Shown here piece by piece: positions 12,106-25,131 of a stretch of DNA of 64,000 nucleotides. The stretch is from Squalus acanthias (taxonomy: Eukaryota): the NCBI GenBank assembly GCA_030390025.1, contig JASTWF010000036.1, positions 1,302,001 to 1,366,000 on the forward strand, in the 5' to 3' direction. The position numbers were made by a program, and so were the translations under genes. Position 1 is the stretch's first letter. Every line of letters starts with the position of its first letter. Below the pieces are notes generated by a model, which worked only from the letters and a program-made list of their open reading frames with translations, did not search any database and was not told the origin of the DNA.

Positions 12106-13244
12106 AAACAACATATCAGATATGTGTTCACATTGGGTTTTTCTGCGGTGTTCCAACAAACCTGTGGTTCTGTTCCAAGAGTGGGAATGAAATGTCTCCT
12201 TTAAACTTCCCTTTGTCTTTCCAAACTCTTTCTCGGGATTTGGGTTTAGACCCAAGTTTGCTTTGAGACCAATGGAATTGCACCCAAGCAATAAGCATCA
12301 GACTCCTCCTGACTGACTCGTTCAGAGAACATTTCGAGCATGAAAATATTGCAAGGTGACTTCTGCCCATATTTATCACATCACGGGGAAAACGACCTTT
12401 TCGCTTGTGCAAGCTCGAATTCCCCTTGCGAGTTGTTTGCTGATGAGAGGATGGAGGGAATGCTGAGTGTTGAGCAGATCGTGAGGGGGAGGGCTGAGCT
12501 ATAAATGATGACTAAATTCAAGAACAGCCCATGCTCATGAGTCAGGTATTAATGATCTGGAGTGAAATTAGGGCCACGATTTGAAAAAAACGAAACCTTT
12601 CCCCTGCGTGGAAATAATTTTCCATTTAAAAAGTACTTTTGATGGCTTATTAGTCCTAGTTATTCATACTCCCTGAGCTTAAAGCACAGTGGCATCTCTC
12701 GATCAGTAACATTGTTCTGTCAATGCCAAACAAATGTCACACTTATTCATTAGAACAAAGCTGAGAGAAATCGGTATTCAGCATGAACCTTAATGCAATA
12801 TTAAACAACTTCTTTCTAATTAAACCGTGTGTATCTGTTCCGTGTAGATAAACCCCCAGCTTGCTGTACTACAGTCTATAAAAGGATGTTAGATTTGTTT
12901 CCAATGCACTGGCTTGACATTAACGGAACTGTTTCCTTTTGTCTTTTGCATGTCCTTTTCTGTCTCGCCAATTTTCTCCGCCAGTATTTGCCCCCTGCCC
13001 TCCCCCTCCTGCAGGATTTGACTCCATGCCGCAGTACAGTTCCACAGTTGCCCTCCAGAACCCTTTCCTGCCTGTCCATTCATTCGTCCACGAGCCTTGA
13101 AAGTGGACCTCGGTGGGCTGGTTGAAACGCACCCGAGTCCTTGCTGCATGTCCAATTCAGCAAACGAAAGTACTCACGTTTATTTACTGCCTTTCACAAC
13201 CTCAGGGTGTCCCAAAACACTTCACAGCGAATTAAGTATTATGA

Positions 13245-13597
13245 ATCCTCGCCCCATTCTATCTCTGTAACCACTTCGAGCCCTACAACCCTCCAGGATC
13301 TCTGAGCTCCTCCTATTCGGCCTCTTGCGCATTCCCAATTTTCATCGGTCCACCATTGGCGGCCGTGCCTTCAGCTGCCTGGGTCCTAAGCTCTGGAATT
13401 CCCTGCCTAAACCTCTCGACCTCTCTCTCCTCCTTTAAGACGCTCCTTAAAACCTACCTCTTTGACCAAGCTTTTGGTCGCCTGTCCTAATATCTCCTGA
13501 TGTGGCTCGGTGTCAAATTTTGTTTGATAATCGCTCCTGTGAAGCGCTGTGGGACCTTTTACTGTGTTAGTAAATGCAAGTTGTTGTTGTTGTTGTT
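13245..13597 (+). mobile_element. L2 LINE 3' fragment with (GTT)n tail
   Basis: Homology to the other L2 ends; AAATGCAAGTTGTTGTTG tail. Confidence 0.75.
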
Positions 13598-14279
13598 AGC
13601 TAGCTCAAACCTGCAACATTCCTGAACGAACCTGTCTTTGACCAGAACATTAAGATTCAAATACTGAAAGGAAACGGAGTGATGCCACTCCGATAGCTGT
13701 AAAGGCACTGGTCACTTCACTAGGATTGGGCTTCTTTTATGTTTGCCGCTGATTTTCCACTGTCTAACATAAAAGGAATAATGCTGAGATAGAATCTGAT
13801 TCTGCCTTTTGTTTCCTTACTGACTTGGCTTCCACAGACCTTCGAAAGTGATCATTGCTATGCTCACTGCCACCAGCTCTGCCTGTGCTATTATCTCTGC
13901 CATCCTTCCTGTCACCTGAAACTTTCAAAGTTCCTCCCCGCGCCACAAATCAGCATGAAGCGTTGTTTTCCCAAATCTTCGAGCCTCCCATTGTGCTCCT
14001 CTGTCAGCCTCCCGCTGCATTGATCTCTGTTTATTGTAAGTCCAGTGAGAAAAGTCAGGAATGAGAAAAAGCCGTTCATCCCATCCCTGGTATACTAACT
14101 CTCCCATCATGATATCTAACTGTATTTTCAATAACCCTCTCTGTCTCTGAGAGATTCCCTCATGCAAAACTGTAAGCACGTTTTCTTACAAAGACACAAT
14201 TGCAAACAGTGCTCAGGACTATGGAGCAGAATCTTCCCCCATTGATCCTGCCTCATGGGTTAATCCAAACCCCTTTGAT

Positions 14280-14531
14280 ACCATTGGTGGCCGTGCCTTC
14301 AGCTGCCGAGGCCCCGAGCTCTGGAATTCCCTCCCTAAACCTCTCCGCCTCTCTCTCTCCTCCTTTAAGATGCTCCTTAAAACCTCCCTCTAAGACCAAG
14401 CATTTGGTCACCTGCCCTAATATCTCTTTATGTGGCTCGGTGTCAAATTATGTCCGATAACGCTCCTGTGAAGCACCTTAGGACGTTTTACTACGTTAAA
14501 GGCGCTATATAAATGCACGCTGTTGTTGTTG
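14280..14531 (+). mobile_element. L2 LINE 3' fragment
   Basis: Same 3' end as 13350-13597. Confidence 0.75.
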
Positions 14532-14679
14532 AGAAAAGATCTATCTCCTGATAGCTGCGGTAAATTTACTTCTGACTATCTTCCATTTCTTGGTCTACCT
14601 TGGAGTACAGCATTCACACAGCGGATAAAGTACCTTGTCTATCAACAACGCATATTGGAAACAATTGGACAGAAAATTA

Positions 14680-16588
14680 TCATAGAATGATAGAGCACTG
14701 AAGGAGGCCATTCGGCCCATCATGCCTGTACCGGCTCTTTGAAAGAGCGATCCAATTAGTCCCACTCTCCCTGCTCTTTCCCCATAGCCCTGCATTTTTT
14801 TTCCTTTTCAAGTATTTATCCACGTGAGTGCAAAAGACAAGGCTGAAGCGTTTGCAACCATCTTCAGCCAGAAGTGCCGAGTGGATGATCCATATCGGCC
14901 TCCTCCTGAGGTCCCCACCACCACAGAAGCCAGTCTTCAGCCAATTCGATTCACTCCACGTGATATCAAGAAACGGCTGAGCGCACTGGATACAGCAAAG
15001 GCTATGGGCCCCGACAACATCCCGGCTGTCGTGCTGAAGACTTATGCTCCAGAACTAGCCGCGCCTCTAGCCAAGCTGTTCCAGTACAGCTACAACACTA
15101 TCATCTATCCGACAATGTGGAAAACTGCCCTGGTATGTCCTGCCCACAAAAAGCAGGACAAATCCAACCCGGCCAATTACCGCCCCATCAGTCTACTCTC
15201 AATCATCAGCAAAGTGATGAAAGGTGTCATCGACAGTGCTATTAAGCGGCACTTACTCACCAATAACCTGCTCACTGATGCCCAGTTTGGGTTCTGCCAA
15301 GACCACTCGGTTCCCGACCTCATTACCGCCTTGGTCCAAACATGGACAAAGGAGCTGAATTCCAGAGGTGAGGTGAGAGTGACTGCCCTTGACATCAAGG
15401 CAGCATTTGACCGAGTGTGGTATCAAGGAGCCCTAGTAAAACTGAAGTCAATGGGAATCAGGGGGAAAACGCTCCACTGGCTGGAGTCATACCTAGCACA
15501 AAGGAAGATGGTTGTGGTGATTGAAGGTCAATCATCACAGCCCCAGGACATCGCTGCAGGAGTTCCTCAGGGCAGTGTCCTAGGCCCAACCATCTTCAGC
15601 TGGTTCATCAATGACCTTCCCTCCAACATAAGGTCAGAAATGGGGATGTTCACTGATGACTGCACAGTGTTCAGCGCCATTCACAACTCCTCAGATAATG
15701 AAGCAGTCCATGCCCGCATGCAACATGACCTGGACGACGTTCAGGCTTGGGCTGATAAGTGGCAGGTAACATTCGCGCCACAGAAGTGCCAGGCAATGAC
15801 TATCTCCAACAAGCGAGAGTCTAACCACCCACCATCAATATCCTGGGGGGTCACCATTGACCAGAAACTTAACTGGACCAGCCACATAAATACTGTGGCA
15901 ACAAGAGCAGGTCAGAGGCTAGGTATTCTGCAGCGAGTGTCTCACCTCCTGACTCCCCAAAGCCTTTCCACCATCTACAAGGCACAAGTAAGCAGTGTGA
16001 TGGAATTCTTTCCATTTGCCTGGATGAGTGCAGCTCCAACAACACTCAAGAAGCTCGACATCATACAGGACAAAGCAGCCCGCTTGATTGGCACCCCATC
16101 CACCACCTTAAACATTCACTCCCTCCACCACTGGCGTACCGTGGCTGCAGTGTGTACCATCTACAAGATGCACTGCAGCAACTCGCCAAGGCTTCTTCGG
16201 CAGCACCTCCCAAACCCGCGACCTCTTCCACCTAGAAGGATAAGGGTAGCAGGCGCATGGGAACACCACCACCTCCAAGTTCCCCTCCAAGTCACGCACC
16301 ACCCTGATTTAGAAGTATATCGCCGATCCTTCATCGTCGCTGGGTCAAAATCCTGGAACTCCCTACCTAACAGCACTGTGGGAGTACATTCACCACATGG
16401 ACTGCAGCGGTTCAAGAAGGCGGCTCACCACCACCTTCTCAAGGGCAACTAGGGATGGGCAATAAATGCTGGTCTTGCCAGCGACGCCCACATCCCATAA
16501 GCGAATAAAAAAAAAAAATTCCCTTTTGAAAGTTACCATTGAATCTGCTTCTGCCACCCTTCCAGGCAGCGCGTTCCAGATCATAACA
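14680..16588 (-). mobile_element. CR1 3' fragment (14680-14822 plus 16519-16588) split by another LINE
   Basis: TATTTATCCA|TTCCCTTTTGAAAG rejoins to match ATCCAATTCCCTTTTGGAAG at 48511-48530. Confidence 0.75.
14823..16518 (+). mobile_element. 5'-truncated non-LTR retrotransposon (CR1/L2-group clade distinct from the main CR1 family), poly(A)-ended
   Basis: ORF 14824-16452 with NYRPISLLS, LDIKAAFDRVW, GVPQGSVLGP and FTDD; AATAAA followed by an A-tail ending at 16518. Confidence 0.9.
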
Positions 16589-17199
16589 AATTTAAGAAAG
16601 TAAGTTTATTTAACCAGTATCTTTTAAGCAGTTGGATATGTTGTGTTCTTACTAATTGAGGTGCTTTATTCTGCTCCGAGTTCTAAAGAACTCTGATCCC
16701 CCAAAATCTTTTATATTTATGGATGCTGATTTTTTTTTCAAATTTCTAGCATATGTAGTTTATTAATCTTATCTAATCAATCTTTACCGCCCACAGATTC
16801 ACTTTTTAAGCCCTTTTGTCTTTGTTTTTAGCTTGTGTGCAGTGATACTGAAATCAACACTAGCAGTACATTAGTCACTAATGATTTGTGGCCAAGAGTT
16901 TCGTGGGAATGGGGCCAAGGGAGCCAGGAAGTGGGTCTCATTCACGCAGAAAGAGCAAGAGGTAAGGGGGAAACTCGAAAGACATGGGCTCAGGGCTAGG
17001 GTACAGAGGAACCTTGGCAGAGGTTTGGCTTGATGGACAAGGGGATTGGGGTGTTTGGCAGAGGCAGATGAACAGATGGTCTTAATCTTTGTGACAAACA
17101 AGTCTGTGATCTCCTCCCATGTGTTGTTGGCAAGAACATTGGAATTTCCATATTACGTACCCTGGAGAATATTCTGAAAGCTGTTTTTTTTTCCCCCTC

Positions 17200-17550
17200 A
17201 GCTACAGGAGCGAAGGTGGGCTGAAGCAGGAGCAGAGATGGGCGATGTTACGGAGGTGGAAGTGGGCGGTCTGTGTGATGGAGAGGACTGTATAGTTGGA
17301 AGCTCAGTTCAGGGACGCTGTGGTGGCAAACCATTTGGTTCAGCCTGAGATAGTAGCCAGGGAACAAACAAGGAACCGGTGGCCAAGGAACGGAGTTTGT
17401 GGTGGGGCTGAAAACAATGGCTTCGGTGTTCCCGATGTTTAACTGGAGGAATTTTTGGTTCATCCAGGATTGGATGTCAGACGAGCCATCTGACAACACA
17501 AAGGCAGTGAAAGTGTTGAGAGAGGCAGTGGAGAGGTAGAGGTGGGTGTC
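17200..17550 (-). mobile_element. Old L2 ORF2 fragment
   Basis: Minus translation DIQSWMNQKFLQLNIGNTEAIVF resembles the L2 RT thumb region. Confidence 0.6.
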
Positions 17551-17924
17551 AGTCAGTGTACAGAAAGCTTGGAACTAACGGGTGGATGCTGCTTGGTTGT
17601 ACGCTGTGGTCATCGGTGTGCAAACTAAAGATAGGAACATGGGCAAAATAGTCAGAGACTAGTAATGGTCGTTGGAGGTAAATCTCTATGCGTATTCCAC
17701 TAGCAGAAGCAACAAAGTCATCATGCCGGTTTTCTTTAAACGTGGAGATAGGACAGCAATCATTAATAAATCTGCGAAAAACAAATAACTTGGGCACTAA
17801 TGTGAAGAAATAGTTTTTTCTAAATAGGCCATGTAGACAGTGGATACGAAAAAGTGACATTCCTGAACAGTGTTATTGAATTATTTATAAACGGTGTTTG
17901 AGTGCGCTTCAATAGTGCGACAAT

Positions 17925-20292
17925 CTGAAACTAAGGTCTTCAATCTAAACAGAGGAAACTACAAGGGTATGAGGGAAAAGTTGGCCATGGTATGGTAGAT
18001 TGGGAGACTACACTAAAAGGTATGAAGGTGGACATACAAGGTGGACATACAATGGCTAACATTCAAGGAAATAATGCATAATTTGCAACAAACATATATT
18101 CCTCTAGGGCATAAAAACCCAAAAGGAAAAGTGATCCAACCATGGCTAACAAAAGAAATTAAAGCTAGTATTAAGTCAAAGGAGAAAGCTTATAAAGTTG
18201 CCAGAAAAAGCGGTCAGCCTGAGGATTGGAATCTTTTTAGGAATCAACAAAGGGGGACCAAGAAATTGATAAAGAAAGGGAAAATGGAATATGAGCACAA
18301 ACTAGCGAAAAATATAAAAACGGATTGTAAAAGTTTCTATAGGTATGTGAAAAGGAAAAGACTGGCGAAGGTAAATGTAGGTCCTTTACAGTCAGAGACG
18401 GGAGAATTTATAATGGGGAATGAGGAAATGGCAGAGAAATTAAATAAATACTTTGTTTCTGTCTTCACGGAGGAAGACACAAAAAACCTCCCAGAAATAC
18501 GAGAAAACCAAGGGTGTGGCGAGAATGAGGAACTTAAAGAAATTATTATTAGTAAAAAAACAGTACTAGCAAAATTAATGGGACTAAAAGTCGATAAATC
18601 CCAAGGACCAGATGATCTACATTTTGAAAGAGGTGGCCATTGGGATAGTGGACACATTGGTTGTCATCTTCCAAAATTCTATAGATTGTGGAACGGTTCC
18701 TGCAGATTGGAGGATAGCAAATGTAACCCCACTATTTAAGAAAGGAGGGAGAGAGAAAACGGGGAACTACAGACCTGTTAGCCTCACATCAGTAGTTGGG
18801 AAAATGCTGGAATCTATTATAAAGGATGCAATAACTGGGCACTTAGAAACTAATAGTAAGATTGGGCAGAGTCAACATGGATTTATTAAAGGGAAATCCT
18901 GTTTAACAAACCTATTGGAGTTCTTTGAGGATGTAACCAGTAGAGTAGACAAAGGGGAACCGGTAGATGTGGTGTATCTGGATTTTCAGAAGGCCTTCGA
19001 TAAGGTCCCACACAAGAGGTTGGTGAACAAAATTAGGGCACATGGAATTGGGGGTAATATACTAGCATGGATTGAGAATTGGTTAACAGACAGAGTAGGG
19101 ATAAACGGGTCTTTTTCAGGATAGCAGGCTGTGACTAGTGGGGTACTGCAAGGATCGGTGCTTGGGCCCCAACTATTCACAATCTGACGAAAGGTCATCG
19201 ATCTGAAACGTTAACTCTGTTTCTCTCTTCACAGATGCTGCCTGACCTGCTGAGTATCTCCAGCATTTTCTGTTTTTATTTCAGATTTCCAGCATCTGCA
19301 GTATTTTCTTTTTGTATTCACAATCTATATCAATGATTTGGATGAGGGGACTAAATGTAACATTTCCAAATTTGCTGATGATACAAAGCTAGGTGGCAGT
19401 GTCAGTTGTGAAGAGGATGTGAAGAGGCTTCAAGGGGATCTCGACAGGCTCAGTGAGTGGGCGAGAACATGGCAGATGGAATATAATGTGGATAAATGTG
19501 AAGTTATCCACTTTGGTAGAAAAAACAGAAAGGCAGAGTATTTCGAAATGGTGAAAGATTGGGGAATGCAGATGCTCAAAGGGACCTGGGTGTCCTTGTA
19601 CATGAGTCACTGAAAGTGAATGTGCAGGTACAGCAAGCCATTAGGAAGGCAAATGGCCTTCATTACAAGAGGATTTGAGTACAGGAGTAACAAAGTCTTA
19701 CTCCAATTATATAGGGCCTTGGTGAGACCACACCTGGAGTACTGTGTACAATTTTGGTCTCCTTAACTAAGGAAGGATATACTTGCCATAGAGGGAGTGC
19801 AACCAAGGTTCACGAGATTGATTCCTGGGATGGCGGGACTGTCGTATGAGAAGAGATTGAGTAAACTAGGCCTGTATTCTCTTGAATTCAGAAGAATGAG
19901 AGGGGATCTCATTGAAGCATACAAAATTATTACAGGGCTTGATAGGGTGGATGCTGGGAGAATGTTTCCCTTGGCTGGGGAGTCTAGAACCAGGGGCCAC
20001 AGCCTCAGTATAAAGGGTAGGCCATTCAGGACTGAGATGAGAAGAAATTTCTTCACACAGAGGGTGGTGAATCTTTGGAATTCTCTACCCCAGAGGGCTG
20101 TGGAGGCTCAGTCATTGGGTATATTTAAAACAGAAGTCGATAGATTTCTGACTAGTAAGGGCATCAAGGGATATGGCGATAGGGCCGGTGAATGGAGTTG
20201 AGGCAGAAGATCAGCCATGACCTCATTGAATGGCGGAGCAGGCTCGAAGGGCCGAATGGTCTACTCCTGCTCCTATTTCTTATGTTCTTATG
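17925..20292 (+). mobile_element. CR1 LINE, 5'-truncated and frameshifted, interrupted at 19186-19314
   Basis: ORFs 18041-18739, 18612-19124, 19338-19613 and 19797-20201 give consecutive CR1 ORF2 segments; CR1 tail. Confidence 0.95.
19186..19314 (+). mobile_element. 129-bp hammerhead-motif element inserted in CR1, 12-bp TSD
   Basis: TSD TATTCACAATCT at 19174-19185 and 19315-19326; core CTGACGA-A-AGGTC-ATC-GATCT-GAAA-CGTT at 19184-19212. Confidence 0.85.
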
Positions 20293-20477
20293 TCACATCT
20301 GCGGTAATTATATGCACATTTGTTCTGCATTTGTAGTGTATATGTGCAACCGTTAAAATATAGGTTGCTAAAAAAAATTTGCCTCGCTACGTTGCACAGC
20401 TTACATTTTCCGTGCTGGACACTTTGCTGCGCTCCCGCTCTGTCTGTCCCCGGATTCGGTTTCGAAAATATGGTCAC

Positions 20478-20631
20478 CAATGTTCCTGTAATTTTTGTTG
20501 GGGCCGCGCGGCCCCTTTAACAGGCCATTCAAAATACCGGGCATGTGCGTTTTTTCTATTTAAAAGCCGGCTGCGTGGGACTTCAGAGCGCTGCGTGGCC
20601 ACGCGGGCGGCACAGCTTAAAGGGAACATTC
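20478..20631. mobile_element. hAT-type MITE
   Basis: TIRs CAATGTTCC.. / ..AGGGAACATT; degenerate 8-bp TSD ATGGTCAC/ACAGTCAC; homologous to 45097-45225; sits inside an ATATGGTCACCCTA (hAT-Blackjack-like) TIR. Confidence 0.7.
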
Positions 20632-21299
20632 ACAGTCACCCTACTGCATTTCGTTGTGCGGGGAATCCTATCCATGCAATACAATCACGGAAAGGAGAGA
20701 TATTCCTCTGTAATTAAGCGGGTAGTTTATTGCAATACAGCCTCAAGGTAAGAAAATAAATATGCCTTGAAATATGAACAGTTTAACAACACAATGAAGA
20801 TTATGTGTTGCTGAGTGGAGGAATTCAGTCGTGCAGTCTGAAAGCTTGGGGAGCATTGTCAAATATGTTTCTCACACTAATTACGCCTGAAACGAGAAAA
20901 AGAAAACAAAAGGGTTTGAAGTTTGGGATTTATCCGTCTGTATTTCATTATTTAGCCTTTCTCACTCCTCCTGAAGCCCCTCGTGCTTGCCACATGGCCG
21001 AGGACCCAATAGTTGACCTTCTCCTTGGCCTGGTCCTTGATCTGCCCTCGAGGTGGTGTGCAAGAGCATCACAGTTTGACACCTTGACTGCTCTTCCCAT
21101 TTTCCCTTCCCCTCTCCGTGGAGAAATTGCCAACTTCAGCGCAAAGCTCACCTCAGCAGCCTGGCTGAGACTGGGAACTCCTGCTCAAGCACCGGCATGC
21201 TTTGCCTCCACCCCGTCTGACTCATCAGCCTTTATATGATAATTGTGCTCTGTCAGAAATTGCTGCCAGTGCACATGACCTTGTTTGTTTCCTGGTGGT

Positions 21300-21517
21300 T
21301 GACGTAAGAAAACTACTAGGCACTTGGTCTAAGTGTTAAACAAAGCTTTAATCAACTGTTTTTCAACATGGAGATCTAGTTGTGTCCTTCGCTAGTTCCT
21401 GTTGAGGAATGTCCTAAGCAAGCTGGGCCCATGCCCGAGTATTTATACTCTCCCTGGACAGCGCCATCAGCAGGCCGCCCAGTATTACTTCATACATGAA
21501 TGACAAGATTCATGTCA
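21300..21517 (-). mobile_element. Solo LTR (218 bp)
   Basis: TG...CA ends (TGAC/GTCA), 5-bp TSD GTGGT (21295-99, 21518-22), TATAAATA and ATTAAA on the minus strand; near-identical to 40855-41072. Confidence 0.9.
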
Positions 21518-21654
21518 GTGGTCAACTGGAAGGAAATGGTGGTGGTGGGAAGAAGGGTCCAGGGTGCCACCTTTGCCCAAGTTGGAAGGTGGGCATGGGC
21601 AAGGCAGGGCAGCGGGTCACGGCTCGAATTCTGGTATTTGCTCTGCTGCTGACG

Positions 21655-21728
21655 AACATAGGAACAGAAGGAGGCCATTCAGCCCCTCGAGCCTGTTCCT
21701 CCATTCAATGAGATCATGGCTGATCTGA
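21655..21728 (-). mobile_element. CR1 3' UTR fragment
   Basis: Reverse of GATCAGCCATGATCTCATTGAATGG..GGCTCGAGGGGC. Confidence 0.7.
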
Positions 21729-22376
21729 ATTTTCATCGAAAACCTGAGCAGTATTTCACAGGGGGGGAAAAAGTGGAGAAAAAGGGACTTTGATTTTTTT
21801 TAAAAACCTCGCTTTTGAAATTTCTTGACAACTCACTCAAAAACTGGACTGTCTGGTTTCAAATCAGACACGTGGCAGAAACAACTCATTTCTGGTGAGC
21901 AGATATCTGTGGAAAGTAATGTGAAAGGCCTGTACAAAAAGCTTCTTGCCTACGAAAGATTGTGTCTGTAGTGGAATGAATTCACTGGTGCATTGGATCA
22001 GTCACACCGCCACTCTTTCTGGTCTCAGTTTGCTGAGCATTTGATCATCTCAAGCCTTGCAGTACATAGAGGAGATAAGAGTATGTGGAGGAACATAACA
22101 AGCTCTCTCGGCAAAATAGAAGCCAGCACATCTCTACGTTTACCGTAGGAATGAAAAATGATATTTAAAAAAATAATAATTTCAAAGCTGTCCCTGCGGC
22201 CTTGCGGTGGTACTGGGTCGCACAATGCCACTGGGTCGCACTAGGCTGTATCAATCGGAAGGTCCCAGGTTTGATTTCTGGCCTGTGCTGGGGTAGTTGA
22301 TCGCCTATCAGTCTGGTCTTGGTTGTGCTACAACTCGCTTCAGTGCTGTGGGGGTTAGGGCGGGTAAAAGCAGCCA

Positions 22377-22935
22377 GGTGTCAGCCGTGGCTCAGTAGGT
22401 AGCGCACGCCAAGTGGCGGAATGGGTTTGTATGATACAGTGGAATGATCACCATGCTGTAAATGTTTTTAATGTTGAATAAATCCATTAAAAAAAAACTT
22501 GGTAGCACCCTCGCCTCGGAGTCAGAAGGTTGTGGGTTCAAGTCCCACTCCAGAGACTTGAGCACAAAATCTAGGCTGACACTCCAGTGCAGTGCTGAGG
22601 GAGCGCCGCACTATCGGAGGTGCCGTCATTCAGATGAGATGTTAAACCTGCTCTCTCAGGTGGACGTAAAATATCCGATGGCACTATTTCGAAGAAGAGC
22701 AGGGGAGTTCTCCCCGGTGTCCTGGGGCCAATATTTATCCCTCAACCAACACCACAAAAACAGATTATCTGGTCATTATCACATTGCTGTTTGTGGGATC
22801 TTGCTGTGTGCAAATTGGCTGCCGTGTTTCCTACATTACAACAGTGACTCCACTCCAAAAAGTACTTCATTGGCTGTAAAGCGCTTTGGGACGTCCTGAG
22901 GTCGTGAAAGGGGCTGGAGAAATGCAAGTCTAACT
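22377..22935 (+). mobile_element. DeuSINE (SacSINE1-like), head interrupted by a ~95-bp poly(A)-ended insert
   Basis: Full head-Deu-tail homology to 32847-33316. Confidence 0.85.
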
Positions 22936-23714
22936 TTTCTTTTTAGGGGTCTCACCTGTTCATCGCCCCAGCTGGTGATGCCCCCCCCCCTCAACCTGGT
23001 CAAGCAGCCTACGCACTGCCTTGGCTCGTACCTGAGGAATAGTTGCTCGTGGGGGGCTGGGGCCTGCTGAGGCCTGTTGAGCCAACCGTACCTCAGCAAG
23101 GGTCAGCGGCTTCAGGAGAGGAGGGGAGAAATCTGGGGTGGGGAGGGAGGAAATTTGGTTTGTCTTGAGCGTGGTTCAAGAGGACAGGCGGTGAGCAGGA
23201 GCGGGGCACCAGGCGGAGTTGCAGTGTCCAGCCCAGAAGGCTTCTCTCGGCCTTCGAGCGTCCGCTCCTCACAGATGATTCAGCAGCCTGGTCTCGTCGT
23301 ATCCTCAGCAGTTTCCGTTTTAATTTCAGTAAAGAACAATCTGCTCCGCAGGCACTTGATGGATTTCATGTCATTTCCACCAATCAAATTGCTGTGCAGC
23401 GGTCCGAAGCTTGAGGGGGAGGTCGAATGGGAGAATTGAGGCAAGGTATTAATGAAAAAAGCCCCCCCTAGAGAATCCCATTAAGTTGCTGTCTGTGCTC
23501 AGCGACCTGTGTGTCTGCTTGGGCTAGAGCCAGAGGAGCCTTCGTGGAGCCATGCAAATTGTCGGCTCTTGTTTTTTCGCCCGTCTGTACACAAGTTTAC
23601 AAGGGGCTGAGTAAACAGCAGTCGCTCAATATCTGGGACAGAGTACAGTACAACGGCTGTAGAAAGAAAGCCATGATGTGTTTACAGCTCGATCCCACTT
23701 GGCTCAAGCTTTAA

Positions 23715-24137
23715 AAAGAAAGGACTGCCATTTTTATACAGCACCTTTCAACACCTCAGGACGCCCCGAAGCGCTGTACAGCCGCTGACGTACTTGTTGA
23801 AGAGTCGTCGCTGGTGGAATGTAGGAAACGCGGCAGCCAATTTGCGCACAGCAAGATCCCTCAAACAGCGGTGTGATAATAACCAGATGATCTGTTTTTT
23901 AGTGATGTTGGTTGAAGGATAAATATTGGCTCCCTGGACTCTTCGAAATAGTGTCATGGGATCTTTTACATCCACCTGAGAGAGCAGACGGGGCCTCGGT
24001 TTAACGTCTCATCCGAAAGACGGCACCTCCGACAGTGCAGCACTCCCTCAGCACTGTACTAGAGTGTCAGCCTGGATTTTGTGCTCAAGTCTCTGGAGTG
24101 GGACTTGAACCCACAACCTTCTGACTCAGAGGCGAGG
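23715..24137 (-). mobile_element. DeuSINE (SacSINE1-like)
   Basis: Homology to the other copies. Confidence 0.85.
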
Positions 24138-25131
24138 ATGCTATCATTTGCAGATACTCTATTTTCTCACCATAGCTTGTCAGATCTTCTGTTCCTGCGA
24201 AGCCGGAGTCGAGCGACAGCAGCTGCACACAGTTTGCAATTTAACAGCCGTTATGTAAACTGTTTCTGCAGCCGGCTGCCATTTGCCTGAGATGCCACGT
24301 TCGCTTTATAATTTCCTCTCCGCCTTCTCCTGACCTGATATTTACAGCTTTAATTGCTGCAAGCTGTCTGGGTCCAGATGTCCTCCTTTAAATTGGGTGT
24401 GGGGTGGGGAGGTGGGGGGCGTACTTTCAACGGTGTGGGGGCGGAAGCTCATTGGCGGTTGTTCGATGACGAGGGCAGACTACTTTGCCAGACTCCCAGT
24501 CCAACTTTGCCTTTTCTGAAATTGTTAGCGCTCCATAATAGCCCGGCACTGCGGAGCTCTGGATCAGACTTGTAAGGAGGCAGCAGTGCATCTAAAGGAG
24601 CAATGGCAGAGTTTCAATCCTTTTGTGTTACTGCTCGACGGTGGGCGATGCCAACAGGCCTTCGTCGCACCGAAATCGGCGGCTGTGTTCCGATCTGTGC
24701 GCCAACCTGTAAGGGGAGGGGGCAGGCACAGACCACGTGGCATTGCAAGTGGCATCAGCAACACCTCCTTGTTTAGTGCCACATGGGGCCTAGCTTGGCA
24801 GCGATGAGGATCTCACCTCAGATGTGGCGCGGAGCCTGATACATTACGAAGGGAAATCGAAATAACACAGAGCCTTTTTGCTTACTTCAATTTTAAAAAT
24901 GCAACTCCGATGATTGTGTGGGGTGGGTGGGCGGGGGGGGGGGGTGAGGGGGTATGCCCCCTTCAAATGGCGGTGCATTTCTTCCCTGGCATGACTGCAG
25001 ATCAATGGTGGCACCACGCGTGTTCTCTTGAAACGTTTTTATAACCTTTTATAGTATATGAAAGCTTTTGACAGAGTAAAAAATGAGAAGTCGCACAACA
25101 CCAGGTTATAGTCCAACAGTTTTATTTGAAA

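Noticed and set aside
23170..23440. GC-rich open frames resembling an exon
   Set aside because: No recognisable homology or convincing splice pair.
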